Origin: Adineta vaga
Lineage: Eukaryota > Animalia > Rotifera
Assembly: GCA_021613535.1 (NCBI GenBank)
Contig: CP075493.1
Span: forward strand, 5,642,001 to 5,706,000
DNA length: 64,000 nucleotides
Direction of reading: 5' to 3'
Positions within the stretch are counted from its first letter, which is position 1; each line of letters starts with the position of its first letter. Both the position numbers and the translations under genes were made by a program. Shown one piece after another: positions 29,359 through 43,466 of the stretch. Under the pieces are notes generated by a model, which worked only from the letters and a program-made list of their open reading frames with translations, ran no database searches and was not told where the DNA came from.

Positions 29359-31391
29359 TAGTTTACGATTATCATATAGAATTGATTGTCAATCTACAGA
29401 ATAAAAAATAGAATGTTCTTTGATGTTTGTCTAGTATTTCGAAAGTATGAAAAGAACTGCTTCTTTGCTCGTTTTGTTCTTTTTACTAATGTCAAATTAT
29501 GAGTTGTATTATATACTTAGCAGGGTAAAGAGCAAGTATGAAAACGACTTGTTAAACATATCTTTATGCGTGTTCATAACTATATGAAGAATTTCGCAAT
29601 TAAAAGCGTTGATTGATCAAAACTCGTTGTAAAAAGGAACTATTACCGGACGCGAGAAGACAAAACGTATTTCGGAAGGATATCTCATCGATTATTTTGG
29701 ATAGTTTAACTGTTGAAAATGTTTATGAAATGAAATAATAAAAAAAAAACCTACTGACTATTTGTAAGAAAGTAGAAGAATATTCTAAAATAAAGATAAA
29801 ATGTGCCTGAGTGTCAAAATTGTTAGGTTGTTTATTATGAGCTTTTAATAAATCTAAAGTTCTTTGTCAATATATTAATAGAGATGCCTACGACATTTAT
29901 GAAAGTCATCAGACTTAATATGTCTTTTAAAATTGTAATGAGAATAGTAAAATAAAATCATCATTTATATGAATAATGACGAAAGGAGAGACTTGATTAC
30001 TTATGTTCTGATATCATCACACCCCCCACGATTTATGTCATATGAATAAATGATACGAGGGATGTTTCCTAATGACAAAAGAATTCATTTCTTTCATAAA
30101 TAGTAAATTTAATGTCTTTTAGTCTAATAGATTTTTTTACCTTGGTAAACAAATGACAATGTATTCATATGCTTAACTAATTCTATAAATTCAAATGAAT
30201 ATCGAATGATATTATGTATGCATGCGTAGTTCCTTTTTTCTATACCATCAAGTAGGTATTGACGCAGTCATTTGAAAATGATAACGACAGTTAATATTAT
30301 TACGCAGTTTTAACTAGGTTATGAGACGAGCCGAAATGAAGTTTTTCTTTTTTTCTCAAGAGGAAATGTAACAGTGTTATGCTATATAATTATTATGTCT
30401 TGTCGTAAGTGAATATTATTCCGTAAAGATGAATAGTTACTAAATACGTAAACGTGTACGTTATATAGTGCTGAAAAATCGACAAGTATTTACTCACGTT
30501 ATAATTGTGTTTGTAGACCTCGATACGAACAATTTGTTGAACTATAACAAAATAATCGTCCATGAAAATAAATCATTTATCATATTCAATTCAAATGATA
30601 TGAATTATTTCTATATGTAAAAAGTAGTGAAATTACAGAGTTCAGTACTTTTAGGTCGTACATAAGTATATAAGCATGTGACATTTCGAGTAATGTCCTA
30701 TATCGAAATAACAACACTGTTCAATGCAATTAGAAAATTACATTTGAAATTTGTTTTTAAAACAATATTTCATTTTGAAAAGAGGTTGAATCTCGATCAT
30801 TAAAAAAAAGACTTCCTTCTACTAGGATCAACGAATTATACAATCGATTAGGATTCTCATGCGATAAAACAGTAAGGAATAGTTTCATTTTCTTGAATAT
30901 GAAATACTATATACTTGATTATCGATAATATCTATGAAATCAAAGAAAACCTATCGGAACAACGTTATAATTCAAATAATCTTTCGTGTTACTCCGAGTG
31001 TTCAATATGAAGATTTGAAATACGCTCTATTCACATCTCAGAAATTTATTTATTAATATATAGACCAAAACGGTCGAAATGTGCCTCATAGCGACGTCTA
31101 TCACAAATTACGTTATATGACTCAAGAAATAAAAATTGCTTAATTTCTTTATTTCCGCACCCTACTCTACTCATCGCCATGTATATATTCATCAAATGTA
31201 TTTTTACATTTCTTTGAGTCAATATCAACATTCTATTCATTGTAATTACGAAATTCAACTTGTGTAATTACACACATGTGTGTTTTTCGTCTTATAAAAA
31301 CAAAAAAATGGTGTGTGTACATGTCATTTAATACTACCTTCATCAAGGGGTAAAATATTTTCATAGAAAAAACCATAATTATTCTATCATT

Positions 31392-31411
31392 ATGGATGAA
31401 AATTTGAATAT

Positions 31412-31444
<33 letters not shown>

Positions 31445-34400
31445 TACTGACGAACTAAATTCTCTTCGTTCAATCTTACCATCAGATGATCATCTTCAAA
31501 TCCAACCATCTGGTGATTTTGAGCAAGTTCGCATCAGCCTTGAGCATGGAACTCAAGTTAGTTTCTTTCTTGATTCACTTCAAATGTTGAGTCAACCATT
31601 AACAGTCAATAATATACATGATTTGCGAATTAGCAAAGCATCAAGTAAATATTCATTGAGTCAAGAGCAATGGTCAGACATTCGCAAATATTTTGATGAA
31701 ACAATTCGACATTCAGACAAAACTACTTTACTTCGATCAGTTATTCAACTAGTCCAAGATCAACTATTACAAATAAGAATCGTAAATCAAAAACATAAAC
31801 AAAAGGAGAAAAAATTTGTCAAGACTGCCACAACATCAGAAACAGACGATTCATCAATATCGAATAAATTTCGTGGCGGTGATTTGATTTTTAATCGAAT
31901 ATTGCATGATAAAAATATAGATCGTACTCAAGTCATCATTGGATATGAAGATCGTTTTACTGGCATACATGAAATTGCCTTTAACGAATTCAAAAAAGTT
32001 CATGATCACGAAGTAAGATGCCGACAATGTTTGTAATATAATATATTGATGTTATTTGTAGTATGGTGTACCAATGCACCGTGTTCGATATTTCAAAATA
32101 GGTGGTCGTACAGTATGGGATAGAACGAAAAAGTTAGATTTATTAACGGGTAGCGAACAACAAAAAATCGAATTAGATGGTATGAAAGATAATTTGTTAT
32201 TTTTTTGTGTCAGCTTTTTATAAAATACTATAGCTAGTTTACTGAACATATTAAATCGATGACTGTATGACTTACAATGATTGTTAAAGATAATGTGTAT
32301 CAACCATGATGCCTTATTGTCTATTTGAATCAATGAAGGAAAAATTGTCAAACGGATCCCTCTATTTTCTACTTATTTATTGAACACAGAATAAATTTCT
32401 ATCGACTTTATAAAAACCATCATTGCTTGTTCGAATACATAGTTAGAAAAAGTAGTCCAACTCTTCAGTAGTGATTTCTATTGAAGTATCTTCTTTTTTT
32501 CAACAACTATACTTCATACTTTACATGATTGTTTCTTGCATGATAGATATGGGACAAAGTGTACCTGTCGCAGAAGGACTTTATCAATTTGATAAGTCTC
32601 TTGAACAATGGATTTCTCTTCCATACGTATCATTGACCAGTGACGATATCAAAACCACATCAACCAATGATACTATCCTTCCTCAAAATCCTCAGCTACT
32701 CACTTGGAACATTCTCTTCGATTATCATCATTCATCGCTTATCTACTCCCAACAACGATATCATGCAATGCTTCAAACTCTCAAATCACTTCTTCCCGAT
32801 CTTATCTGTTTACAAGAAGTTACACAACCTTTTCTTAAACTTCTTCTTAATGAAACATGGTTGCAAGAGAATAATTACTATATCATTATCATGCAAAGTG
32901 TCATTAATAGCGAGGAAAAGAAATTATATGGGCAACTAATGTTAATGAAAAACTTTCGACCTCGTGCATTTTCCATTACACCACTTGACCTTTTAGAAGA
33001 TGATGCAATGACAACAACTTCAAAAACAACGAAAGAAATGATCATTGCACGATTTGGATTGAATGTCAAAGTGACTATCGATATTGTTAATCTTCATCTT
33101 CATAGTAATCGATCGCGAAATGCAGATGAAAAACGATGTCAAGCACTTGAGAATCTTATCAAACAACTCAACATACAGAATTACATGTTGATTGGTGATT
33201 TTAATTTTGGTGATTATGATTTGAAAGAACAATGCTTGCTGCAGAAATATGAAAATGATGTTCATGATTTATGGAAAGATTTTTATGATCTTGAACAGGT
33301 AAGATATATGAATATTTACCCTTGTTTATCTCTTATCTTGTGATGTTGTATAGAATCCAGGATTTACTTATGATCCATCTCGTAATCTTTGTGCTCAAAT
33401 CACATCACGAACACAAATTAATCGTCGTTTTGATCGATATTTTATTCATACATTAAAAAATCTATATTATTCAGTTCAACATTTGAATATGATTGGTATA
33501 GATACTATTCCAGTTGATTCAACCAACGGTGATGATAGTAGTAACAAACGAATCAATATATCTGATCACTATGGCCTTCAACTAATAATTGATTTTCAAA
33601 CAAGATCAATTAGTCATCGATCAGCACTTGTCATTCTTCCAAGTACTGATCACTGGTCAATGATTGATAACTATCGTCAACAGTATGATCCATCCTATAA
33701 TCGTTGGCCACCACATGTGAATGTTTTATGGCCATTTTTTGATTTGAATGGATGTGAAGATGATGAAGAGAATATTCTCTTACCATTACGACTTCTATTG
33801 AGTAAATTTGGATCATTTGATGCTGAAGTAAATGAAATAGATACATTTGTGGAGAACAATGTATGCTTTATGAAAATGAATAACAAATCAAGAAGTAAAG
33901 TACAAGAATTGTATGAGGCAGTGAAACAATTATTTCCACAATGTTGTACAAATAAACGAAATGCTTATAATCCACACATGACTATTGCACAATTTGACAG
34001 CACAGAAAAACGTATTCAAGCAATGCCTACATTAAGTAAGTTATTTAATGAAATTGTCATCAGTATGTCAACAATCGAACATATTATTATATGATCAGTA
34101 TTTTGATGTATTGATTACTATCTGTTGAAAGACACCTTAAACGATAACTTTCGTTTATGTTTAGCTTTGGAATCATCATTCACATTTCCAGTTCAATATC
34201 TTTACATTCTACAACGACCACTTGACGATGATACCACACCTTTTCGCATTGCCTATCAATTACCATTAGGTTCTATTCTTCAACCATCATATTGCCAACA
34301 AGAACAACAAAAACTGCAAAATTTCTTTCATCAAATGAACCTTTACGAGAGTGAACAATCCTATAAACAAAAACAAGAGAAATTCAATAAACTTGCAACA

Positions 34401-35882
34401 TGTATTGATGAAATATTCAACAAAGATACGTTGCATAGTTTCATTCACCAATATCTTCCATATGGTAGTTTTCGAATTGTAAGTAAAGATGAATTTAGGA
34501 AGAATTTATCATGTTAGTGTTGTAATTTGTAGGGCGTAAAAGGAGAAGATGTTGATACAGTATTTGTATTGAATGAAGTGAAATCAAATGGTAATAGAAC
34601 AAGTTTTGATGAAACATTACTAAAAGTGAAGAACGATTCGAATACATTAAATAATCGCGTAGTTGAAATGCTAGAAACACAGATAAACACATGTTTTAAA
34701 GATGAACTATTGTGGTGCAGAAAAGTTCAAGCTTTATATCCGATCATAACGATGTTATTTCGTGATCAAACAAAAGTGGAAATATTTGTACAAATTAAAA
34801 CAATCAAAGAATATTCGGATGAAACAAATAATCAAAATAAACAAAATTCTGAAGAATCCATACATGGAGTAAGTGAAAGATAGAGAAAAAGATCGAATTT
34901 ATTGATATTGATCTATAGATAGATTTATAACAGTGTATTATTTCTTCTGTTCTAGGTTCATGAAATTGAACATTTACTTGTGCATGCTCGTTCTCCGCCT
35001 ATCTTTCAACATCTTCTTGCTTTCGTTCGTACATGGGCACAAAATGTTGGATTGTACGGACAAATATTCAGTTATTTGGGTGGTTTTTCATGGGCTACAT
35101 TATGTGCACATATTTGTCATTCATTTCTATCACCTATCGATTCTCTTTCATCGATCGAACACTTTTCCATTGATGATTTCTTTGCATTAGTTTACAGATT
35201 CTTCTCAACATATGCACAATTTAATTGGACAACACAATCACTTCGTTTACATCCAAAATCATCGGTACAAATAACTCATCTTGATAAACCATCAATATTG
35301 ACGCGTGGTGCTATGCGTATTATATCTCCAAGTCCACCTTATAATAACACTGGTCGTGCCACTCTCAATTCTACTCGCGATCTGATTGTAAAAGGCTTTC
35401 AACATGTCTTTGATCTACTCCATACCATCAACACTATCACTACGGATGATAAATCGAATGCACTTAGACAAATCCTTCAACTAAACAATGATTTTCCAAA
35501 TGAAAAGATCAAAACATTATTACAATTGACATTATCAGGTGAAAATAAAAAAGAATTAGATGAATGGATTGGATGGATGAGATCACGTTTAGCTTATTTT
35601 CTAAATGAGTGTGAAAATGAATGCCGTTTAAGTTTACAAACACAAAGTTGTATTGAATATCGCATGAACAATAATGAAGCACTGTATTCAATTGGTTTTC
35701 AACTTGATGAAAATGCATTAAATATTCAGCGAAATTTTCATCATTGTTTAAACAAATTTCTCGAACAATTTAATGTCTATCGAAATCGTACAAAAACTAT
35801 GAACATCTCACACAAACTAGTATCTGCACATGAGTGGAAAATGGAACGAATGCAACCTAAACCACAAAGGACAAGAAAATAA
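31392..35882 (+). CDS. Multi-domain putative RNA repair/processing enzyme (about 1,250 aa): RWD-like, MJ1316(DUF504), EEP nuclease/phosphatase, 2H phosphoesterase, poly(A) polymerase; 7 exons
   Basis: MJ1316: IFNRILHD...IIGYEDRFTG...VPMHRVRYFK...VWDR. EEP: TWNIL, DLICLQEV, NLHL, GDFN, FDRY, SDHYGL. 2H: RWPPHVNV, NPHMTIAQ. PAP: YGSFRIGVKGEDVD, FVRTWAQNVGLYGQIFSYLGGFSWA, MRIISPSPPYNN. Confidence 0.88.
31412..31443 (+). repeat. (ACA)n trinucleotide repeat encoding poly-Thr
   Basis: aacaacaac... run at the 5' end of the CDS. Confidence 0.9.
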
Positions 35883-36434
35883 ATGATCACATGTATTAGG
35901 ATTTTTTGAATGAATAAAGAAAATATGTAAACAAGTTTTTTTATCATTGAAAATCGAATGCATTTGTCTGTTTATTCTATGCACTTATCTAATAATGTGA
36001 ATAAAACTCAAGTCAATTTCGACACGAACAAGTACTTCTCTGAATCATAGTCACAATAATTTTATGTTCGATTTATTATTTTATCTATTCATCTAACATC
36101 AAAGGATCATTATTTCTTCATCGAATAACTACTTATCGATTTCTATGCAACAATTTAGTTAATAGTACTAAAACTGATTTAGCATGAGAATGACAGTCGC
36201 TCTTATCTGTATTTGTTTACAGTGCTAATTTAATGAAAAACGAATCTCGCGTATAAACAAGATATTCAATTAGCATATGGTTTTCTTATGATTGTAAAGA
36301 AAAAAAAACCATCGCGAGCGAATAGTGTATGTAAATGTACTGAAGTAAGAATGGAGAAACAGAAACAATGATTACCTTGAAGTTGTTGGCAACGATCGTA
36401 GTGTCAGTTACATTTACATCAAATAGACGAACAA

Positions 36435-37147
36435 ATGGTAAGAATATCAAATTCGAAATAAAAAGATGAATTCAATGTCTATTTTTGAAAGGCTGAAGAC
36501 GAGAATGGTGAAGATTATTCTACTGAACAAATGGATGATGCTTTTCGTAAGTTATTTGATGGATGGAAAGCAAGTTTTTGTTGATTTGATTTTGTAGGAG
36601 TAATGTATGACTTATTCGCTCAATTTAAAGACAATTCTGATTTAACAACAATTCATATCAATCGATTAATGGAAGTTTTACAAGCTTTTGGCAGAAATCC
36701 ATCACGAACTGATTGTGAAAAACGAATTCATGAACTTGAAGAAGATGGTATAAACTTTACATTGATGATTTTTAATACTAACTATTTATTTCGTTTTTTT
36801 AGAGAAATTCGAATTAACATTTGAAGATTTATTACAATTACTTAAAGAACCATGGACAATCATTAATAATGATCGAGATATTCTTCGTCAAGCATTTGCA
36901 AAATTCGATCATTCAAAACAAGGTTTTATAGATATTGAACAATTTCGAACTGTAATGCGTACACTTGGTGAACCGTTAACTAATGATGAAATCGATGGAT
37001 TAATTCAATTAGGTTTAAATGACGAACATCGAAAGATTGAAATCGAATGTAAGTTGTTTTTCTTTTTTATGAAAAAATTCCATGTCATCGTTTTTTGTAT
37101 AATTATTTTTAGATCTTCTTGATCAATTACTTGGAAGTGAAGAATGA
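36435..37147 (+). CDS. Divergent calmodulin-like EF-hand protein, 5 exons
   Basis: ATG|GTAAG first exon; LMEVLQAFGRNPS; ILRQAFAKFDHSKQGFIDIEQFRTVMRTLGEPLTNDEIDGLI; ends LLGSEE-TGA. Confidence 0.85.
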
Positions 37148-37253
37148 TAAACTTTGCATTTTATTATGTAGTTTGTTTAATAACAAAAGAAGAAAAAAAA
37201 AGAAAACGAATAAAAATATAGATATAACAATATATCTGGCATTTGAACGATAC

Positions 37254-40200
37254 TTAAACATCATGAGATAATGTTTGGGGATCATTCTTTGAAAATGTTG
37301 TAGTATTAGTAACTGGACATAGATAATAGAAATCCGATTGAAATCCATCAGTAATTATCGATGATGTCATATCATTTTCACTTGGTTCATCGCGTACATC
37401 ATCTGAAGGAATATGGAAAGGTGGTGATGGTAAATGATCCGTCCATGAATGATTAAGAATTTCTTGAAGAATTGAATTATTATGATCGGAAGATATTGGA
37501 GATGAATGATGATTATGTAAAATATTTTGCGGTACAGCCCATGATGTTGATGTTATGCCAGCTGAACTTCGAATCGACAGATGTTGTTGTTGTTGGACTG
37601 GATAAAGAGAACTAGAAATAGAATAAAGATGTAATTTATTGAGAAAAATTTTCGTGAAATAAGAACTGACTAAATGACTTTGTAGTAGTTCTTCCACGTG
37701 AATTTTACTTGAACAACTGGACGCTGTTTCTTGTTTATCCTTAAAAAGCAACAAAAAAAATCAAATTCGACATTTTGATGAAATTCTTCTGTTACTTGTT
37801 GATTCACTGATGTTAAATTTAATATTTCAAGTTCAGAATACCAATCAAGTTCTTCTTCCATTAGACTATCACTACTACTAATTTGTTTTAATTGATTATC
37901 ATGCTCATAATCATCAAGTTGGAATCGACTATCATCATAATGACATACATTATTGACAAGTTCATCATCACTACAATCAATCCAAGCACGTAATTGTGAA
38001 TCTGAAGCATATGTTGTTAACATATAAAATTCCATAGAATAATTACGTATAGTATCTAAATGATAGACATTGTGTGTAATTTCCGCATCTTTTGAACAAT
38101 TTTTCTGATATATATCCGAATCTGATAAGACGCGACGAAAGAATATCATTCGACCAAGTCGACTTGGAAATACTAAACGATGTACAACTGATTTTTGTGA
38201 TACAGATGATGTTTTGGTAGATAATTGAGTTTCTCTGGAACCTAATTTATCATCTGTTAACAAAAAATATCCTTCACTCATATTTGTTTCTTCATGTTCC
38301 ATCGAACCATTACAATAAGCTGAATCTGCTGATGTTTCAGTTTGTATCTGTATGATAGGTGAAATATCACTTCTAGATGAATGATCACGTAAAGTATTAT
38401 TAGTATTCACTGATGCATCTAAATGACAATATTTTAAGAAAATGAGAAAATAGTTCTTTGTAGAAATGTATATACTTTTTTCAAGGAATTGTTGAATATG
38501 ACGATGCTCATTGAGACTATCTTCGGAGAAATCTCGTGTTATACTTGTTGCAATTGATTCATCTTTTTTCTCATTTGATTGATATTCAGCAATTGATTCT
38601 AATGATGGTGGTGTTAACGTTGATAATGATTCATTTGTTTGATCGATGATTTCATTTGGAATTACTAATGTTGGTATATGTGGTGTTAAATGTTCGGAAA
38701 ATGTTTTCAATTCTTGACTACGAACAGGTCGAACTAATTTCACTGTATTCTTTGTAAAGAGTGGTTTTTTAATATTGTTTACTACGGGAGTAGTTGATAT
38801 TACTGTTGGTTTCTTTGATTTATTTTGATTTTGTTGTTGAGCAATTAGCACATCAAGATCAGAAACACGCGCTGGTTGATGAGTAATATGAGTTGTACAG
38901 GGTTTGACAATAGTTGATGTCGGTTTATGAGTGATTGTTGATTTCGATACAGTTGAACGTGTTGCTGTTGGTGTTACAGTTCGTAATGGTTCAGAAGATT
39001 TTGCTAATGTATATCGAGGTCGAGAAGGTTTAATAGTTGTAATTGACGATGAGGAAACTGTCTTCTGTGTTGTAGTTGAAGGAACTGAAGGACGTGGTCG
39101 ATTGATTGTTGTTGTTGTTGTTGTTGATGATGGTGATGGTGATGGACGAACTGGAGCTGTTTGTACTCGTATTGGCTTAGAATTGCAAGTTGCTGATGTG
39201 TTTTTAACAGCTGACGTTGTACGATTGGGTGTTTGTGTTGATAACCTTTCATGGTTAGAGTAAGTTGTACGGGTTTGTTTTTGTGGGGGTGGTGGTGGTG
39301 TTGATTTATTCCTGTTAATTGTTACTGATGATTGTTGTTGTTTACGAGGAATAGGATTAACATCATCAACAGAAATGATATTTACACTTGGTAATCGATG
39401 ATTATCACGAGGAGATTTCTCATTACTTAATAGATAATATAGTTTATTTGTTAAACCAGTTGATGATTTGTCGGATTTCGATTTCACAGTAGCCAGTGTT
39501 GAAAATTGATTAGAAAATTCTACAAGAAAATGATTAGATGAGCGAATTTATTCCGCTTCAGTGATAACGATAATAATATTAATGAATCTTATCTCATTCC
39601 TACATTGATTAATATGTGTTATTTGAAACTGTCTTAGAAATATGAGAATTTCTATCGATAGCACGCTGATCTAGCCGAATTCTATACTCCAAAATGTTGT
39701 CCTTGATTTGTCATGTTGACAAATATTGTTAGTCATCTTTTATTTTTCTCTTATTTGAAAACCAAGGCAAAAGAAAAAAAACTATTTTCTTGGAAAAAAA
39801 TGATACGAAATAATAACAGAACACATCTGATCATATCAATTTAACTTTCATATTGGAAAAACAGATCCTCTATTGAGAATGTCAACTTCCATAGATCCCT
39901 CTATCGGAAGTTTTCTGACTATCTGATGATTCCTATGTTAGAATAGTTTACTTCTATAAGACATAGATAGTTATTTCTTTTGACAGTTGCTCTTCATGTC
40001 GATTTTCTATAGTTATTTACTCAATAAAAGCATGTTTTCTTATCTTATGACAATTCAAATGTTTGTCATTTATTGATTGAACTTTCTCGACATTTAGTTA
40101 AATAATATTATCTTACCGTTTTAGTTTTCAGAATGTTTTCTTTTTCTTCTTGTAAAAGCGACTCGGTTAATAATAAGCATACTTATTTTTTGCCTTCGAA

Positions 40201-41570
40201 ACTGCCATTTTTCTACTTGCCGTTAGCATATTTTCTTTTTGCTTTACGGAAAAACATAGTAGTTTGCTTCTTCTTTTTTTTCCTTCTCTTCTTTCTTATT
40301 GCACTTTCTCTTTTTTTTCCATTCTGTTATATCTAATTAGACATGTGTATGATGGAGAAGAAAAAACCGACAAGAAAGAAAAAACGGACCTTACATCATA
40401 ACATATTCTCTCACATGAATATTAGAATACATACCCGATGACTGATTTCTTGTTTGCTGATCGTGTTCATCGACATTCATCAAGCATTGATCAAGCCATG
40501 TGGTCTGATCATTAGTAGTACAACGATTATCATCCTATTGGAATAGAGTATACTAATTGATGAAAAGCCAAGAATTTCTCATATACCTGCTGCTGTTGCT
40601 GTTGTTTCGTCCTCCAATGAACCGAATCGTTTTCATCACATTGTTCAATACGTTCTTTTCTTCGTTCCTATGAATAGAAATAGGATCGTTAATAAAATAT
40701 TATCTATTCATTAGTATTTTATGAACATTCTTTTGTTGAAACGTCTTCTACCTGATATGTAAAATGTTCATGACATGGTAAAATACAATGTTCCAAAAGA
40801 TCTTGAATTCGTCGTCTTTTCTGTCTAGTCATGATGTTTTTCTATTTATCTACGATAACCATGACTGTTTTGTAAAACGAGAACACAAAAAATAAAGTGA
40901 GGTATATATATATATATTTTGATAAAGATGTTTCATATAGTTTGTCCACAGCTTTTTCGCGATTCGTTGATAAATGAAATGAAAGAACAAAGTACACATA
41001 ACTCGGGTATTGTCTATGTCAATTAGACAAAACAACATTTTTCTTAGAAGATGTATGGATTAGCACTTAACAGTTGTTTTTTCGGTAAACAAGTAAAAAG
41101 CAAGTAATACAAAGTTTACCTGCTGGACTAAAAGTATCTTCATGATTAAATCCGTAATTGATCGCATACATGTTTCATTTTGCATTTGATACGTAAGATG
41201 AAGTTCATGTAATTGACGATTTTCATTTTCGAGATGTTCAATACGTTTAGTCAGATAAATTTGTTCGTTATTAATCCATCTTTCATACTTAAAATAGAAG
41301 TTTTTTGAAAATATATTCTACTTGTTTTTCTTTGAAATATAAATTTACTCGTTCTTCTATTTGATCCAATCGTGTTCGTAAGAAATTATTTTCACTAAGA
41401 ACATTATCGATAATTAGATGTACATTTTTAAACTAAAACGATAAGTTTTGTTTTTCTGATATAGAGAAGTTCTTCTTTACCTGATCATCAATAGATAATT
41501 GATTTTGATACATCGTTTGTTTATTTGAGCAATGAAGTCGATTCTTCCATTGTCGTAATGTCGAACTCAT
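37254..41570 (-). CDS. NCKAP5-like protein: N-terminal coiled coil in small exons plus long Ser/Thr/Pro-rich region
   Basis: Exons at about 41570-40435 encode RIEHLENENRQLHELHLTYQMQNETCMRSITDLIMKILLVQQ (resembles the NCKAP5-family N-terminal motif, recalled). A phase-1 join links them to the exon carrying ORF 37670-39487; last exon stops at 37254. Confidence 0.6.
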
Positions 41571-43466
41571 TTCTTCAAACCAATTGATCTAGAAAACGAA
41601 AAAAGAAATCTAATAAATGAAATTGTAATTTTTTTTCTTCATCTTTTCAATATTTATTTATCTTACAAATGCGTACTACTTGCCTTCGGGTCAGTTAGTC
41701 ATACCTTGCAAGTAAACTTTAAGAAGTATATAGTACTCGAACGATTTAGTTAAGTAAACGAAAGAAGAAGAAGAAGAAAAAAAAACGCTTTCGTCTTTTC
41801 AGTGTCTACGATTACCTACTCATTTTACTTGACAAAAAAAAAGGAAGGAATGAAATGAACCGATTAAAAGAAGAGAAGAGGGTAGACAAATCAATGTCAA
41901 ATATTTAACGAAACTAGAATTGAACTCATCTCGTTGACTGTTGTTTTTCTTTTCTTATTCTTAAATTTATCTCGTTAGTTAGACAATCATCAACTATGTA
42001 TGACTTATTTGTTCTTCCTTCTTCATTTGACATTTGAAAAAAAAGACACGTCGTATATGAAGGTAAAAAAAAGTGTCTCAAATTTCATCTTTAGTATATA
42101 TATATATATAAAACGAAATCATTCGTTCTTTTATGCATGTGCATTTATCCAATTGATAAATTTAAGTAAATGCATATATATACTTGAATATTAAAATGCA
42201 TTTATCGAGTTGCTGTTTATACAATTATAAATGCGTTCGTTATACTAACTGTTGAGAATAAAATTCTAATAGACTTACGATTGAAAGATAAATTAATTTC
42301 AAAGTATTTCCAATGAATAATATAAAAGGCATGATTAAGATATCATTGGATTGAAAATTGAATAATAAATCAAGACATGAAATGTCAAGAGAGTTTGTAA
42401 TTTCTTGATTTGAGTTCTTTTTATTTTGCTAGTTGAAATGGGAATAAATAATGTACGAATTGTCTGAATGTTTTCTTGTTTGTTATTTTATCGCCATTCT
42501 CACTAGGGTATGTGATGTTCAGAAGACTAGGCGATAATGTTGAGCTCCATGATGACGAAACATAAAAGAAATGAAGAGAAAAAAAAACGAGAAGAGGAAA
42601 ACGTCGCTTTTGTCGTCGTTTTCTTCTCTGTGGATACACAACAACATCAATTATCTTTTTTCTACTCTCGTGTTATATCGTTTTCTTCTCGACTATGATC
42701 GATGAAAATAAAGTAATTGTTAGAAAGTTCGGATGCCTGAAAAAGAACACACGATTTCTTTCACAAGTCTTACTGTACGTTATATGTCTACATCGTGATT
42801 GCATGACGAAATATTTGTTCTTTTCTGATGATATACCATCTGCATCCCACTTCTGACAAATTTTCTTTATTAATAGAAACTTTCGAAGTTCAAACAATCA
42901 TCGAAATATTAAAAAAAAAGAAAGAAAACGACTAATCGATCATCGATGAATTACATGAACTAAAATTTCTCAGAGAATAACAATTGAATAATCGAATTCA
43001 TTTTATTCCCATGGTAATACATTTTCTCCTATTGAAATAATATAGACTAAATTTAATTCGTGAACAAAACCAAACAAACCCTGACACTACTACGACAATC
43101 GACTAAATCAAATAACTATTTACTATAGCAAATAACTCATGACTTTTTATCTAGAAAAATACTCTTACAGCTACTTAATTGCTTTTTTTTTGATTGATAT
43201 ACACAAATGACACACATGTCTAATATACATTCGAATGAGTTACAAAAAGAAGAAAGATACATTACCTGTATATTTCGGTGGAAATATTCAATTAAATGAT
43301 AGATTTTTACATTAATTATATTTCTTTATTGGACAAATTAATTATCGAGCAATATTTATTAAATATTTTCTTGTATTTACGTCTTTCTTTTTTATCAATT
43401 AGTTTGATATATCAAATATTCGACTAATATTCATGTTTCTCTCCATATATGCTGTACCAAAGTTCA

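Noticed and set aside
38931-39263. Val/Gly-rich + strand ORF (likewise 1934-2365, 9524-9859, 28982-29224, 52289-52615)
   Set aside because: Antisense shadows of real exons on the other strand.
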